NCBI GenBank assembly: GCA_050253415.1
Contig: JBFWJC010000002.1
Location: forward strand, 32,001-96,000
Reading direction: 5' to 3'
Origin: Pedobacter sp.
GTDB taxonomy: Bacteria > Desulfobacterota > Desulfuromonadia > Desulfuromonadales > Syntrophotaleaceae
DNA: 64,000 nt
In this document: one piece after another, positions 51,586 to 60,821 of the stretch
Layout of the letters: every line of letters starts with the position of its first letter
How positions within the stretch are numbered: position 1 is the first letter of the stretch
Translations under genes and position numbers: made by a program
The notes under the pieces: generated by a model
The model's input: the letters and a program-made list of their open reading frames with translations, nothing else
What the model was told of the DNA's origin: nothing
Databases searched by the model: none

Positions 51586-52374
51586 TCAATCGGAGCCAAG
51601 CCGCAGCAGGCGCCCGGCATTGGCAGTGGTGATACGGGCGGTCTGGTCCGGGGTCCAATGCCGCAGGGAACCGACCTGTTCGGCGATCAACCGCAGGTAG
51701 CATGGGCGGTTGACTTGCCCCCGGTACGGGGCGGGCGGCAGATCCGGTGCGTCGCTTTCCAGCACGATCCAGTCGGCCGGCAAAGCCTGCAGCACCTGCG
51801 GGGCGCGGCGTGCCCCTGGCCACGTCAACGGCCCACCGAAGGCCAGGCCGAAGCCGAGCTCAATCGCGGCAAGGGCCGTTTCCAGGCTGCCGGAGAAGCC
51901 GTGCCAGATCCCGCCCACGCGGGCTGCCCCTTGCTGTCGCAAAATCTCCAGCAGGCGCCCGGTGGCCTTACGGCAGTGCAGCACCATCGGCAGGCCTGCG
52001 GCCACGGCTATTCGTATCTGATCCCGCAAGGCCTGCTCCTGCATGGCTGCCGGAGGCATGCCGGGCGTGCCGTCCAGACCTATTTCGCCCACGGCTGCGA
52101 CAGCCTCGCTGGAAAGCAGTTCTTCGAGTGCGGCCGCAGCCTCGGGATTCCAGTCGGCGCTCGCCAGAGGGTGTACCCCGGGGGCGGCAAGTGCGCCAGG
52201 TATGGATTCAACCACCGAGAGCAGGGCATGCCAGTCCCGGGGGAGTACGCCCGGCACCAGAAAGTGGCCGATGCCCTTGCGTCGGGCCTGTGCCGCTTCG
52301 GATACGGGGTCCATCTCCGCCGGCAGGCGATCGAAGTGGACATGGGTGTCGAACAGCATCGGATAATTTTCCAT
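51586..52374 (-). CDS. tatD: TatD family hydrolase
   Basis: DTHVH, GVHP, VGEIGLD, LHCR, HGFSG, ESDAP. Confidence 0.92.
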   Translation of the reverse strand: MENYPMLFDTHVHFDRLPAEMDPVSEAAQARRKGIGHFLVPGVLPRDWHALLSVVESIPGALAAPGVHPLASADWNPEAAAALEELLSSEAVAAVGEIGLDGTPGMPPAAMQEQALRDQIRIAVAAGLPMVLHCRKATGRLLEILRQQGAARVGGIWHGFSGSLETALAAIELGFGLAFGGPLTWPGARRAPQVLQALPADWIVLESDAPDLPPAPYRGQVNRPCYLRLIAEQVGSLRHWTPDQTARITTANAGRLLRLGSD

Positions 52375-52545
52375 GGTGCCATTATGCTAGCACACGCACC
52401 GGGCCCGGGGAAGATGCCGCAGTTGCGAAAGAGCAGGCCGGGAGAGTATGCGTCCTCCGGACATTCAAATATTCATATTGTAATATATGTTGCAGATGTG
52501 TTATTTATATCGCCAGCTTATACCATTTTATGACAGGAGATTGAC

Positions 52546-52803
52546 ATGAACATCCGATATCAGACTCAAAATACCTGCGCCCGTCTTATCGATATCCAGC
52601 TTGAAGGTGACGTCGTGACCGGCGTGCAATTTTCCGGCGGTTGTTCCGGCAATGCCCAGGGTGTTGGTGCCCTGGTGAAAAATCGTCCCATGGGCGAAGT
52701 TGTCCAACTGCTGCGCGGTATCGACTGCGGCGGCAAGGGCACCAGCTGCCCCGATCAACTGGCGAAGGCTCTGCAAGAAAAGATGGCGTGTACATCCCGC
52801 TGA
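52546..52803 (+). CDS. Stand-alone TSCPD domain protein
   Basis: TC, FSGGCSGN, LRGIDCG, TSCPDQLA. Confidence 0.92.
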   Translation: MNIRYQTQNTCARLIDIQLEGDVVTGVQFSGGCSGNAQGVGALVKNRPMGEVVQLLRGIDCGGKGTSCPDQLAKALQEKMACTSR

Positions 52804-52828
52804 GACGCGAAATAGTTTAATGCACCAT

Positions 52829-52862
52829 AAAAGCCGGCCCTTACAGGGGGCCGGCTTTTTTT
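52829..52862. terminator. Bidirectional intrinsic terminator
   Basis: AAAAGCCGGCCC-ttacagg-GGGCCGGCTTTT. Confidence 0.85.
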
Positions 52863-52875
52863 ATGGGTGAAAAGT

Positions 52876-53133
52876 TTATTCTGAAGTGCCACCGGTGGTC
52901 CGTGAGTAAATCAGCCAGTAGAAGACCGGAATCACCAGCAGGGTAAAGAGGGTCGAAGCGAACACGCCGAAAATGATGGACCAGGCGAGTCCGGAAAAGA
53001 TCGGATCGAGGGTGATGATCCAGTTGCCGAGCATGGTCTCCACGGCATCGCTCAGAACCTGTGTGAGATCAACGGCTTCTGCATGCAAGCTAAAGGGCAG
53101 GAGAACCAGAAACAGTACCATCCAGGGTGTCAT
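52876..53133 (-). pseudogene. Chimeric remnant: signal-peptide N-terminus fused to the last two TM helices of an RND permease
   Basis: MLGNWIITLDPIFSGLAWSIIFGVFASTLFTLLVIPVFY matches RND TM11-TM12; preceded by the signal peptide MTPWMVLFLVLLPFSLHA. Confidence 0.7.
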
Positions 53134-53533
53134 GACAGCAGCCCTTCTGGGCGATGCGGCAGGTGATCGTTTGCGGAAGAGTTATCGGTATAAGTAAGGG
53201 TTTAATAGTGTTTTATAATACCTGTCCGGAAACGGATTGCCACGCAGGTTTGTGTGTTTATGTTTCAAGGGTAGAAGATTTATTCCCTGGGTTCGTAACG
53301 CGGGTCATTCTTTTATGTACGGACAATGCTCGAATATATGAATCTGTTTGTGGAAGGAGGGTTCAGGTTGGAAACGGTATTTGGTAATGGATGATTTTGC
53401 CTTGATTTCCCTGAGTGTGGCAGATAGACTCCCGAAATCTTCATAAAACGCAGAGAGTGGTCTCTGATCGCGGATCATACAGTTTAAAAATGTCGATGCA
53501 GGATTTCTGAAACAGGTTTCTTGGGAGGAGCGT

Positions 53534-54625
53534 ATGAAAAAAATCGTGATGATGGCTCTGTTGGTGCTGTTTGTCGGCCTCGGTGGGCTCGCCGGATGCG
53601 GCAAGGATCAGGAACAACAGTCGCCTGCAGCGGAGCCTGAAACCGCTGCCCCGGCCAAAAAGGATCCCCTGGCCGGATGGCAACCGCAGTTCGATCCCTC
53701 CGCGGCGGAATATACCTACCTTCTGTCCAATCTGTCTCATCCGTCTATCGAAGGAGTTGCGGTCGGTTACCATATCCGTGACAAGGTCTGGGAGCGCAGC
53801 GGCGGTCGGCTGTACGTCGATTACCGGCCTCTGTCGCAGCTCGGTCAGGAAAAAGGTGTACTGAGCAAGCTCAAGCTCGGAGCGGTGCAGGGCGTGCTCT
53901 GCTCGTCGGTGGCGGCGGCCAATATCGCCGATACCCTGGGCATCGTCAATCTTCCCTTTGTCATCGATAGCGCAGAAAAACTGGAAAAATTCCGCAACGA
54001 TCCGGAACTGTTCGACGAATTCCGTAACAGCGCTCTGCAACAGAAACTGATGGTGGTCGATATCAGCAGCTACGGTTCGTACGGCTGGGCCACCAAAACC
54101 CCGGTACGGACTCTTGAGGATGCCCGTCAGGTCAATTTCCGTATTGCCGAAGCGCCGGTTAACGCTGATACCTATCGCGCCTGGGGGATGAAATTCACGG
54201 TTATGCCCTGGGGAGACGTGCCCCAGGCTCTGCAGACCGGGGTAATCGATGGACTCGATCATACGCCGACAGTTTGCAATATCAGTCACAAGTTCGAAGT
54301 GGCACGCTACTTTACCCGGGTCAATTACGCTCAGGGACTGTTCATTCATCTCATGAACAAAGCCTGGTTCGAGCGGCTTCCCGAAGACCTGCAACAGATC
54401 CTGCTGGAGGTCATCACCGAGGAGAGCGCCGCCGCCCGCCAGCGTGACCAGGTGCAGCAGCAGGAGCAGATTGCCGCCGCCGAAGCCGACGGTGTGCAGT
54501 TTTTGGAGCTGACCCCGGAGGCTCGTGCGGAACTTATCAAACGCAGCGCGTCTGTGTATGAAACCTGGGGCGCAAAAGTGGGGCCGGAGTACCTGGCCAA
54601 AGTTCGCCAACGCCTGGCCCAATAA
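53534..54625 (+). CDS. dctP: TRAP transporter substrate-binding lipoprotein
   Basis: LAGC lipobox; SQLGQEK, NLPF, FRIA (conserved Arg), ALQTGVIDG. Confidence 0.92.
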   Translation: MKKIVMMALLVLFVGLGGLAGCGKDQEQQSPAAEPETAAPAKKDPLAGWQPQFDPSAAEYTYLLSNLSHPSIEGVAVGYHIRDKVWERSGGRLYVDYRPLSQLGQEKGVLSKLKLGAVQGVLCSSVAAANIADTLGIVNLPFVIDSAEKLEKFRNDPELFDEFRNSALQQKLMVVDISSYGSYGWATKTPVRTLEDARQVNFRIAEAPVNADTYRAWGMKFTVMPWGDVPQALQTGVIDGLDHTPTVCNISHKFEVARYFTRVNYAQGLFIHLMNKAWFERLPEDLQQILLEVITEESAAARQRDQVQQQEQIAAAEADGVQFLELTPEARAELIKRSASVYETWGAKVGPEYLAKVRQRLAQ

Positions 54626-54637
54626 TCGCTGGATGTC

Positions 54638-55153
54638 ATGACCCGACGCATACTTGAAAAATTTGATCGTTTGCTGGGCGGGATCGAGGATTGGTCGCTG
54701 TTTTTAAGTGTCATCCTTGCCCTGCTGGTGGCTTTGGCCAACGTTGCCTTGCGCAAGCTGTCGCCCATCAGTCTTTACTGGTCGGACGAGGTGGTGCGCA
54801 AGACGATTTTCTTTTCGGCTTTTATCGGCTGCAGCGCCGCTGTGCGGCGTCGCGCCTTGATCCGCATCGACGCTTTGCCCCAGATGCTGCCGGTGCTGAA
54901 AAAGCCACTGACATTATTGAGTCATCTGGCCGTTTTGACTTTCGCCACAGTGATTATAATCCTTGGCTGGAAGTTTACCGTTGCCGCTTTTAACGATCCC
55001 TTCGCCCGGACTTCGACGCTGCAGATCCCCGAATGGTGGTTTTACGCGGTTTTCCCGACGATGGGGGTGTTGCTGGTGGTGCATACTCTGCTGGTGATGA
55101 TCGAAGACTGGTGCGGCAAGCGCGACGGTTCCGATCCCGATACGGTCGACTGA
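54638..55153 (+). CDS. dctQ: TRAP small permease
   Basis: WSDEVVR, IRID, STLQIP.W; 4 TM. Confidence 0.9.
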   Translation: MTRRILEKFDRLLGGIEDWSLFLSVILALLVALANVALRKLSPISLYWSDEVVRKTIFFSAFIGCSAAVRRRALIRIDALPQMLPVLKKPLTLLSHLAVLTFATVIIILGWKFTVAAFNDPFARTSTLQIPEWWFYAVFPTMGVLLVVHTLLVMIEDWCGKRDGSDPDTVD

Positions 55154-55169
55154 CCAGGAACAGGTATTT

Positions 55170-56453
55170 ATGGAGTCTCAGGTTCTTATCGTCCTGGCAT
55201 TGCTGATCGGCAGCCTGGCGGCTACCGTGCCGGTGTTTATCTCGCTGTTTTTTGCCGGGATGGCCGGGCTTATGCTGGCCGGTATCGATGCGCAGATCGT
55301 GGTCGAAGTGTTGTATGGCAGCATGGACAAATTCGCGCTGATCGTGGTGCTGTTTTTTGTGCTGTGCGGCAATATCATGACCAGCGGCAGCATCGTTCAC
55401 AAGCTTATAAAGACGGCCGATGCTCTGGTCGGTTTTCTACCCGGCGGACTGGCTGTGGCCGGTGTGCTGGCGTGCGGCTTTTTCGGCGCCATCTCCGGTT
55501 CGACAGTCGCGACGGTGGTAGCTATCGGCGGGTTCATGATTCCGGCCCTGATCAAGCACGGCTACGATCCTGAATTCAGCGTCGGCCTCATGACCACCGC
55601 GCCGGTACTGGGTGTGGTTATTCCCCCGTCCATTTCGATGATTCTGTATGCAATGATTTCCAACGATTCGCTGGAGTCGCTGTTTCTTACCGGTTTCGTG
55701 CCCGGGGTGTTGATCATCGTTGCCATGTCCATCTATGCCGGGCTGTTTTGCCGCAACCGAGGCCAACAGACCCGCAAGCGTCCGACGGTGAAAGAACTGC
55801 TGGCGGTGCTGCGCGAAAGTATCTGGGCGCTGCTGTTGCCGCTATTGATCTTTGGCGGCATCTATTCGGGCATTTTCACCGCCAACGAGGCGGCGGTGGT
55901 CGCTTGTTTTTACGCATTCATCGTGGAAATATTCATCCACAAGGATATGCGTCTGCGTGATGTGAAAAATGTCGTGGTATCGTCGGCGATTACCTCCGCT
56001 ACCCTGCTGGTGATCGTATCCGGGGCGTCGGTGTTCGGCGAATACCTGACCTTTGAGCGGATTCCCGACCAGATCGCCCAGGCGGTCATGGGCAGTGTGC
56101 AAAGTCCCTGGGTGTTTCTGCTGGCGGTCAATGTATTGCTGCTGGTAGTCGGGATGTTCATGGATATTATCTCCGCCACCCTGATACTGACGCCGATTTT
56201 CCTGCCGCTGCTCAGCCGCTTTGGTATCGACAGCCTGCATTTCGGTTTGATTATGACGCTGAACCTCGGCATCGGATACTGCACCCCGCCGCTGGGGGTG
56301 TCTCTGTATATCTCCGGAGCGGTGGCGGATCGCAATCTGGTTTACGTTTCGCGGGCGGTGCTGCCGTTTCTGGTGATCCAGGTAGCGCTGTTGCTGTTGC
56401 TGACGTATGTGCCGGATCTGGTGTTGTGGTTGCCGCGCTTGGTGTACGGATAA
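55170..56453 (+). CDS. dctM: TRAP large permease
   Basis: FGAISGST, VIPPSI, GIFTANEAA, TPPLG. Confidence 0.95.
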   Translation: MESQVLIVLALLIGSLAATVPVFISLFFAGMAGLMLAGIDAQIVVEVLYGSMDKFALIVVLFFVLCGNIMTSGSIVHKLIKTADALVGFLPGGLAVAGVLACGFFGAISGSTVATVVAIGGFMIPALIKHGYDPEFSVGLMTTAPVLGVVIPPSISMILYAMISNDSLESLFLTGFVPGVLIIVAMSIYAGLFCRNRGQQTRKRPTVKELLAVLRESIWALLLPLLIFGGIYSGIFTANEAAVVACFYAFIVEIFIHKDMRLRDVKNVVVSSAITSATLLVIVSGASVFGEYLTFERIPDQIAQAVMGSVQSPWVFLLAVNVLLLVVGMFMDIISATLILTPIFLPLLSRFGIDSLHFGLIMTLNLGIGYCTPPLGVSLYISGAVADRNLVYVSRAVLPFLVIQVALLLLLTYVPDLVLWLPRLVYG

Positions 56454-56475
56454 GAGCCGTACAGGGAGGAACGTC

Positions 56476-56898
56476 ATGAAGATTCTTCTGCCCATCGATC
56501 GTTCGGAAGTCAGTGCCCGCCTAGTCACAGGGATCGTTGAGCGCACCCACTGGTTGCCTCCGGGAACCTTGACCCTGCTTCACGTGGTCGATATGGATCG
56601 GCTCGCTTACCGCATGATCCCCGATTTCCAGCTGGAGATGGTTTCGGCCAAGGCCACTGAGGCCGGTGCCGCATTGCTGGAGGAGCAGGCCACCGTGTTG
56701 AGGGATGCCGGGCTGAAGGTGGAAACCCGATTGGAAACCGGCGCACCCCGCGAAGTGATCCCACGCGTGGCCAACGATGAGCGGTTCGCTCTGCTGATTC
56801 TGGGGCGTCGTGGCATCGGCGAGGTTCGCGACGTGCTGTTCGGCACAGTAACCAACCATGCCCTGCATCGGGTGCGCTGTCCGGTGCTGTTGTTCTGA
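56476..56898 (+). CDS. Universal stress protein
   Basis: KILLPIDRS, LLILGRRG....LFGTV, CPVLL. Confidence 0.92.
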   Translation: MKILLPIDRSEVSARLVTGIVERTHWLPPGTLTLLHVVDMDRLAYRMIPDFQLEMVSAKATEAGAALLEEQATVLRDAGLKVETRLETGAPREVIPRVANDERFALLILGRRGIGEVRDVLFGTVTNHALHRVRCPVLLF

Positions 56899-56988
56899 AC
56901 CTTGCCTCCTGCAGAGCTTTTTGAGCAGCCGTCTTTCCATGTGGAAGCGGCTGTTCTGTTTTTTGGGCGGCAAAATTCCAAAGACATT

Positions 56989-57598
56989 CATCGCAGAGCG
57001 CGCAGAGGGCGCTGAGAAAATCAAGAAAAGAGAACCGGGGATTTGCAAATTTTCAATTCTGGTGATGCACTTGGCTCCAGTGATTTGTTTTGCCCTTCGA
57101 TCTTTTTGCACATTTGTGGTCCTTTGGGACTCTGAGGCAAAAAACACAGAATCTAAAAGCTTGAACCACGAAGATCACGAAGGACACGAAGAAGTTCCGA
57201 TAACGACAAAGCCATTACGAACAGGGATATTCAGGAGAGACAGGATGAAAACCAGAGGCCTTGGGTTTAAGGCTTTATCCTGATCATCCTGCATATCCCT
57301 GTAAAAGCAAGATTGACAAGGAGAACGATCATTAGCATATAAGATCACGGAGGACACGAAGGGAAAAACTAAGGCAAGAGCCAACCATAAGGGTCTGTTT
57401 TGTAAGTATTACTTCGTGCTCTTCGTGCCCTTCGTGGTGAAAATTCTATTTGGTTGTCCGCTTCACGCTGGCGGTGCAGCGATTTTTGAAGATTTGGGGC
57501 AACTTGAGAATAGTGCATAAACAGATTTTCAAAAATCACCAACAAACGATCCCTTGGCAGATCGGTATTTATCTGGGATCTCAGTTCTTTCCGCGGTT
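56989..57598. repeat. Composite nested inverted-repeat element, copy 2 (inverted relative to 29181-29477), inside an outer CGCAGAG-type pair
   Basis: CACGAAG arms at 57164-57191, 57345-57362, 57412-57440; inner CAGGAT arms ~57221-57302; outer CGCAGAGCGCGCAGAGGGCGCTGAG (~56992-57016) with a degenerate inverse at ~57575-57598. Confidence 0.8.
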
Positions 57599-57733
57599 AA
57601 ATGCATGGCCTTTCGCAGCTTCAGGATCAGGAATAACTATTCCCAAATAGTTTGTTTTCCCTTATGTTGGTCAGGCTACGACGTGAATCCGGCAATCCGG
57701 AACAATGGGTTGCCCTATGCTATGGAGGGTATC

Positions 57734-58327
57734 ATGGAACGATTGGCGAACGCCGATGGCCTGGTGGTTAGTCAGAAAAAAGAGTGGGGCGAGATTCTTA
57801 CGGGATTCGAAACCCGCAATCGGTATAGAATATTGGATACGCAGGGGCAGGAACTGTTCCTGGCGGCCGAAGAGGGCGGCAACCTGCTGCTGCGCTGGTT
57901 TCTGAAGGCACTGCGCCCGTTCACGGTACAGGTCCGGGGCATGGACGATGTAAGTCTGTTGCGGGTAAAAAGACCCTTCCGGTTCTTTTTTCACGAAGCG
58001 GTTGTCAGCGATGCCGCAGGTCGGATGTTAGGCACCATACGTCGCCGCTTTGCGTTGCTGAGGCGCATCTATACGGTGACCGATAGTCACGGGCAGGAGA
58101 TTTGTGAGCTGTTCGGCCCGATTTTGCGCCCCTGGACCTTTGAAATGCGCCAGGGGGGCATTGCGCAGGGCAAGATATGTAAAAAGTGGAGCGGCCTGCT
58201 CAAGGAAGGCTTCACCGATGCGGATAATTTCGGCGTGACTTTTCAGTCCGGCTGGAGCGACGAGCATAAGGCGTTGCTGCTTGGCGCGGTATTCCTCATC
58301 GATTTCGTTCATTTTGAAAAACGCTGA
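57734..58327 (+). CDS. Phospholipid scramblase-related (tubby-like) protein
   Basis: QKKEW.E..TGFETRNRY, RPF, I.KKWSG..KE.FTDADNF, KALLLGAVFLIDF..FE. Confidence 0.85.
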   Translation: MERLANADGLVVSQKKEWGEILTGFETRNRYRILDTQGQELFLAAEEGGNLLLRWFLKALRPFTVQVRGMDDVSLLRVKRPFRFFFHEAVVSDAAGRMLGTIRRRFALLRRIYTVTDSHGQEICELFGPILRPWTFEMRQGGIAQGKICKKWSGLLKEGFTDADNFGVTFQSGWSDEHKALLLGAVFLIDFVHFEKR

Positions 58328-58343
58328 AACGGGCGGAGATAGC

Positions 58344-59339
58344 GTGCAGAGTAATCAGCCTTTGAAACGATGGCAGTGTTTGATCCTGGCTGCTTGTCTG
58401 GGGCTGTGCGGTTGTGCCTCGGCGCAGGTGGCTGCACCGTCCGCCGCCGCGCCCGTGACGCGGCAATCTGCTGCCTATGCTACGGCCCTGGGCATCGGGC
58501 ATCTCGAAGCGGGCGGGTTAACCGAAACCTCGGGCCTGGCCGCCTCCCGGCAGACCGACGGTGTGCTGTGGGCGGTAAATGACAGCGGCAATGCACCTGA
58601 ATTGTTCGCCCTTGGCAGTCGTGGCAAGGACCGTGGTACGGTACGCGTTGCCGGGGTGAAAAATATCGATTGGGAGGACTTGGCGTCCTTTACCTGGCAG
58701 GGCAAGGCCTATCTGTTGGTAGCGGATGTTGGCGACAACCGGTCGGTGCGTCCCGAAGTGCTGCTGCATGTGGTGCCGGAACCGCTTCCCGGTAAGGATG
58801 GACGCTTTTCCGGCACGGTGAAGCCGGCCTGGAGCATTCGCCTGCGCTTTGAAGACGGCCCGCGCGACTGCGAAGGGGTGGCGGTGGATGAACAGGACGG
58901 GCAGATATGGCTGATGAGTAAACGTACCGATTTGCCGATCCTGTACCAGGTGCCCTTGCGTCCCGCCCGACCGGAACAGTTGCAGACCGCCCGCCGCGTC
59001 TTTGAAGTAAGCAATCTTCCTGCTCCTACCAGCGGCGATCTGTCGCAGGTCTACGGGCGTTTTCGCTCCTGGCCCACGGCCTTCGATATGCAGGCCGCTG
59101 GCCGGGCAGCAGTGATCCTTACCTATAAGGACGCCTATCTTTATGTGCGCCGGGGCAGCGAGCCCTGGACGGCAACCCTGGCACGTTCGCCGCAGATTCT
59201 GCGGTTGCCGGCCGCCGAAATGTTGCCGCAGCGCGAAGCGATTTGTTTTACACAGGATGACGCCTTGCTGGTGACTTCCGAAGGGCCGGGGGCGGCTCTT
59301 TTCAGACTGTCTGCCGGTACGGGGAATCCCCCGTTCTAA
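58344..59339 (+). CDS. Hypothetical beta-propeller lipoprotein
   Basis: Lipobox-like CGC; ETSGLAAS, NDSG, DWED, ADVGDN, DCEG, QREAI, VTSEG blades. Confidence 0.75.
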   Translation: MQSNQPLKRWQCLILAACLGLCGCASAQVAAPSAAAPVTRQSAAYATALGIGHLEAGGLTETSGLAASRQTDGVLWAVNDSGNAPELFALGSRGKDRGTVRVAGVKNIDWEDLASFTWQGKAYLLVADVGDNRSVRPEVLLHVVPEPLPGKDGRFSGTVKPAWSIRLRFEDGPRDCEGVAVDEQDGQIWLMSKRTDLPILYQVPLRPARPEQLQTARRVFEVSNLPAPTSGDLSQVYGRFRSWPTAFDMQAAGRAAVILTYKDAYLYVRRGSEPWTATLARSPQILRLPAAEMLPQREAICFTQDDALLVTSEGPGAALFRLSAGTGNPPF

Positions 59340-59361
59340 AGCCGGAAAAGGTGCCACATCG

Positions 59362-59865
59362 ATGCATGACATGAAATATCTCACCGGTTATCCGGAAAAA
59401 GTAGCCGGTCAGGTTGCACAGTTGATCGCACAGGACAAACTCGGCGCGTTTTTGAAAGGCAAATACCCGGTTGCCCACGAAATCACCACCGACAAGGCCC
59501 TGTACGACTTTACCGTTGAGCTCAAAAACCGGTTTCTACGTAAATCACCGCCGTTGAGCAAAGTCGTCTATGACGGCAAGATCAACGTGATTCATCAGGC
59601 CTTGGGGGTGCATGCCTTTGTGTCGCGGGTGCAGGGGGCGAAGCTCAAGGCGAAGCACGAGATCCGCATCGGTATGGTTTTCAAGCAGGCGCCGTTGGAG
59701 TTTTTGCAGATGATCGTGGTTCACGAATTGGCCCATATGAAAGAAAAGGACCACAACAAGGCTTTTTACAATCTCTGTGAATACATGGAGCCGAACTATC
59801 ACCAGCTGGAATTCGATGTGCGCTTGTACCTGACGCAGTTGGAGGTCTTCGGCAGTCTCTATTGA
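59362..59865 (+). CDS. ygjP: YgjP-like zinc metallopeptidase-fold protein
   Basis: KYL.GYP, DKALYD, VHELAH.KEKDHNKAFY.LC..MEP.YHQLEFD. Confidence 0.9.
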   Translation: MHDMKYLTGYPEKVAGQVAQLIAQDKLGAFLKGKYPVAHEITTDKALYDFTVELKNRFLRKSPPLSKVVYDGKINVIHQALGVHAFVSRVQGAKLKAKHEIRIGMVFKQAPLEFLQMIVVHELAHMKEKDHNKAFYNLCEYMEPNYHQLEFDVRLYLTQLEVFGSLY

Positions 59866-59909
59866 TCAGAGGGACATGCCGGGGAAAACCTTGGCATGGG
59901 GAAAAAACT

Positions 59910-59943
59910 GAGGCAGCCATCCGTAGGGATGGCTGCCTCTTTT
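59910..59943. terminator. Intrinsic terminator between convergent genes
   Basis: GAGGCAGCCATCC-gtag-GGATGGCTGCCTC-TTTT. Confidence 0.8.
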
Positions 59944-59967
59944 CGTTATGCGCAGCTCAGTATCGGT

Positions 59968-60813
59968 TCAGGCTTCCGTGGCGCGTCGCACCTGCCACCA
60001 GCGCCACACGCAGACGCCAATGGACGATGCAAGGTAGGCCAGGCCGGTGAGCAGTACGGTAGTGGCGCCGGACGGCAGATCGTACTGGTAAGAAACCGCC
60101 AGTCCGCCGGTGGTGAAAAAGGCTCCCAGCACGGTGGCCAGCAACATCATGCGGCTCAGGGAGTGCACAAACTGACCGGCGATGGCCGCCGGCAGCGCCA
60201 GCAGGGCGATGACCAGAATCAGACCGACCACCTGGATGAGGATTACCACGGTCAGGGCGACCAGGCAAAGCAGCAGCAAAGAGAAGAAATCGACCGAAAC
60301 CTGACGTAGACGCGCGAATTCCTCATCGAAGGATACCACCAGCAGTTGCTTGAAAAACAGCAACACCAGCAGCACGATGCCGACATCCAGCCAGAAGATC
60401 AGGGTCAGGTGGCCTTGCGGGATCATCAGGATATTGCCGAACAGGTAGCTCATCAGGTCGACGTTGTAGCCGGGGGTGCGGGCGATGAGCAGCACCCCTA
60501 CGGCCATGCCGACCGCCCACAGGGCACTGATGGTGGTGTCTTCCTGTTTTTTCCAGCGGATGCTGACCCAGCCGATGATCAGCGCGGCAACCAGGGCCGC
60601 AACGATGGCTCCGCCAAAAGGACTGCGACCCAGGAAGTAGGCCAGCCCCATGCCCCCAAGGACGGCATGGGCGATGCCTCCGGCGATATAGCCGATGCGT
60701 CGCACCACCACGTAGGATCCGGCTACGCCGCAGGCGACGCTGGCCAGCAGGCCGCCGAGCAGGGCGTTTTGCATGAAAGGCTGAGAGACGAGGGCTTCCA
60801 GAAAAGTATTCAT
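59968..60813 (-). CDS. znuB: Zn/Mn ABC transporter permease
   Basis: GIAHAVLGG, YLFGNIL, FDEEFA, VVGLILVIALL. Confidence 0.92.
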   Translation of the reverse strand: MNTFLEALVSQPFMQNALLGGLLASVACGVAGSYVVVRRIGYIAGGIAHAVLGGMGLAYFLGRSPFGGAIVAALVAALIIGWVSIRWKKQEDTTISALWAVGMAVGVLLIARTPGYNVDLMSYLFGNILMIPQGHLTLIFWLDVGIVLLVLLFFKQLLVVSFDEEFARLRQVSVDFFSLLLLCLVALTVVILIQVVGLILVIALLALPAAIAGQFVHSLSRMMLLATVLGAFFTTGGLAVSYQYDLPSGATTVLLTGLAYLASSIGVCVWRWWQVRRATEA

Positions 60814-60821
60814 AGATATTC

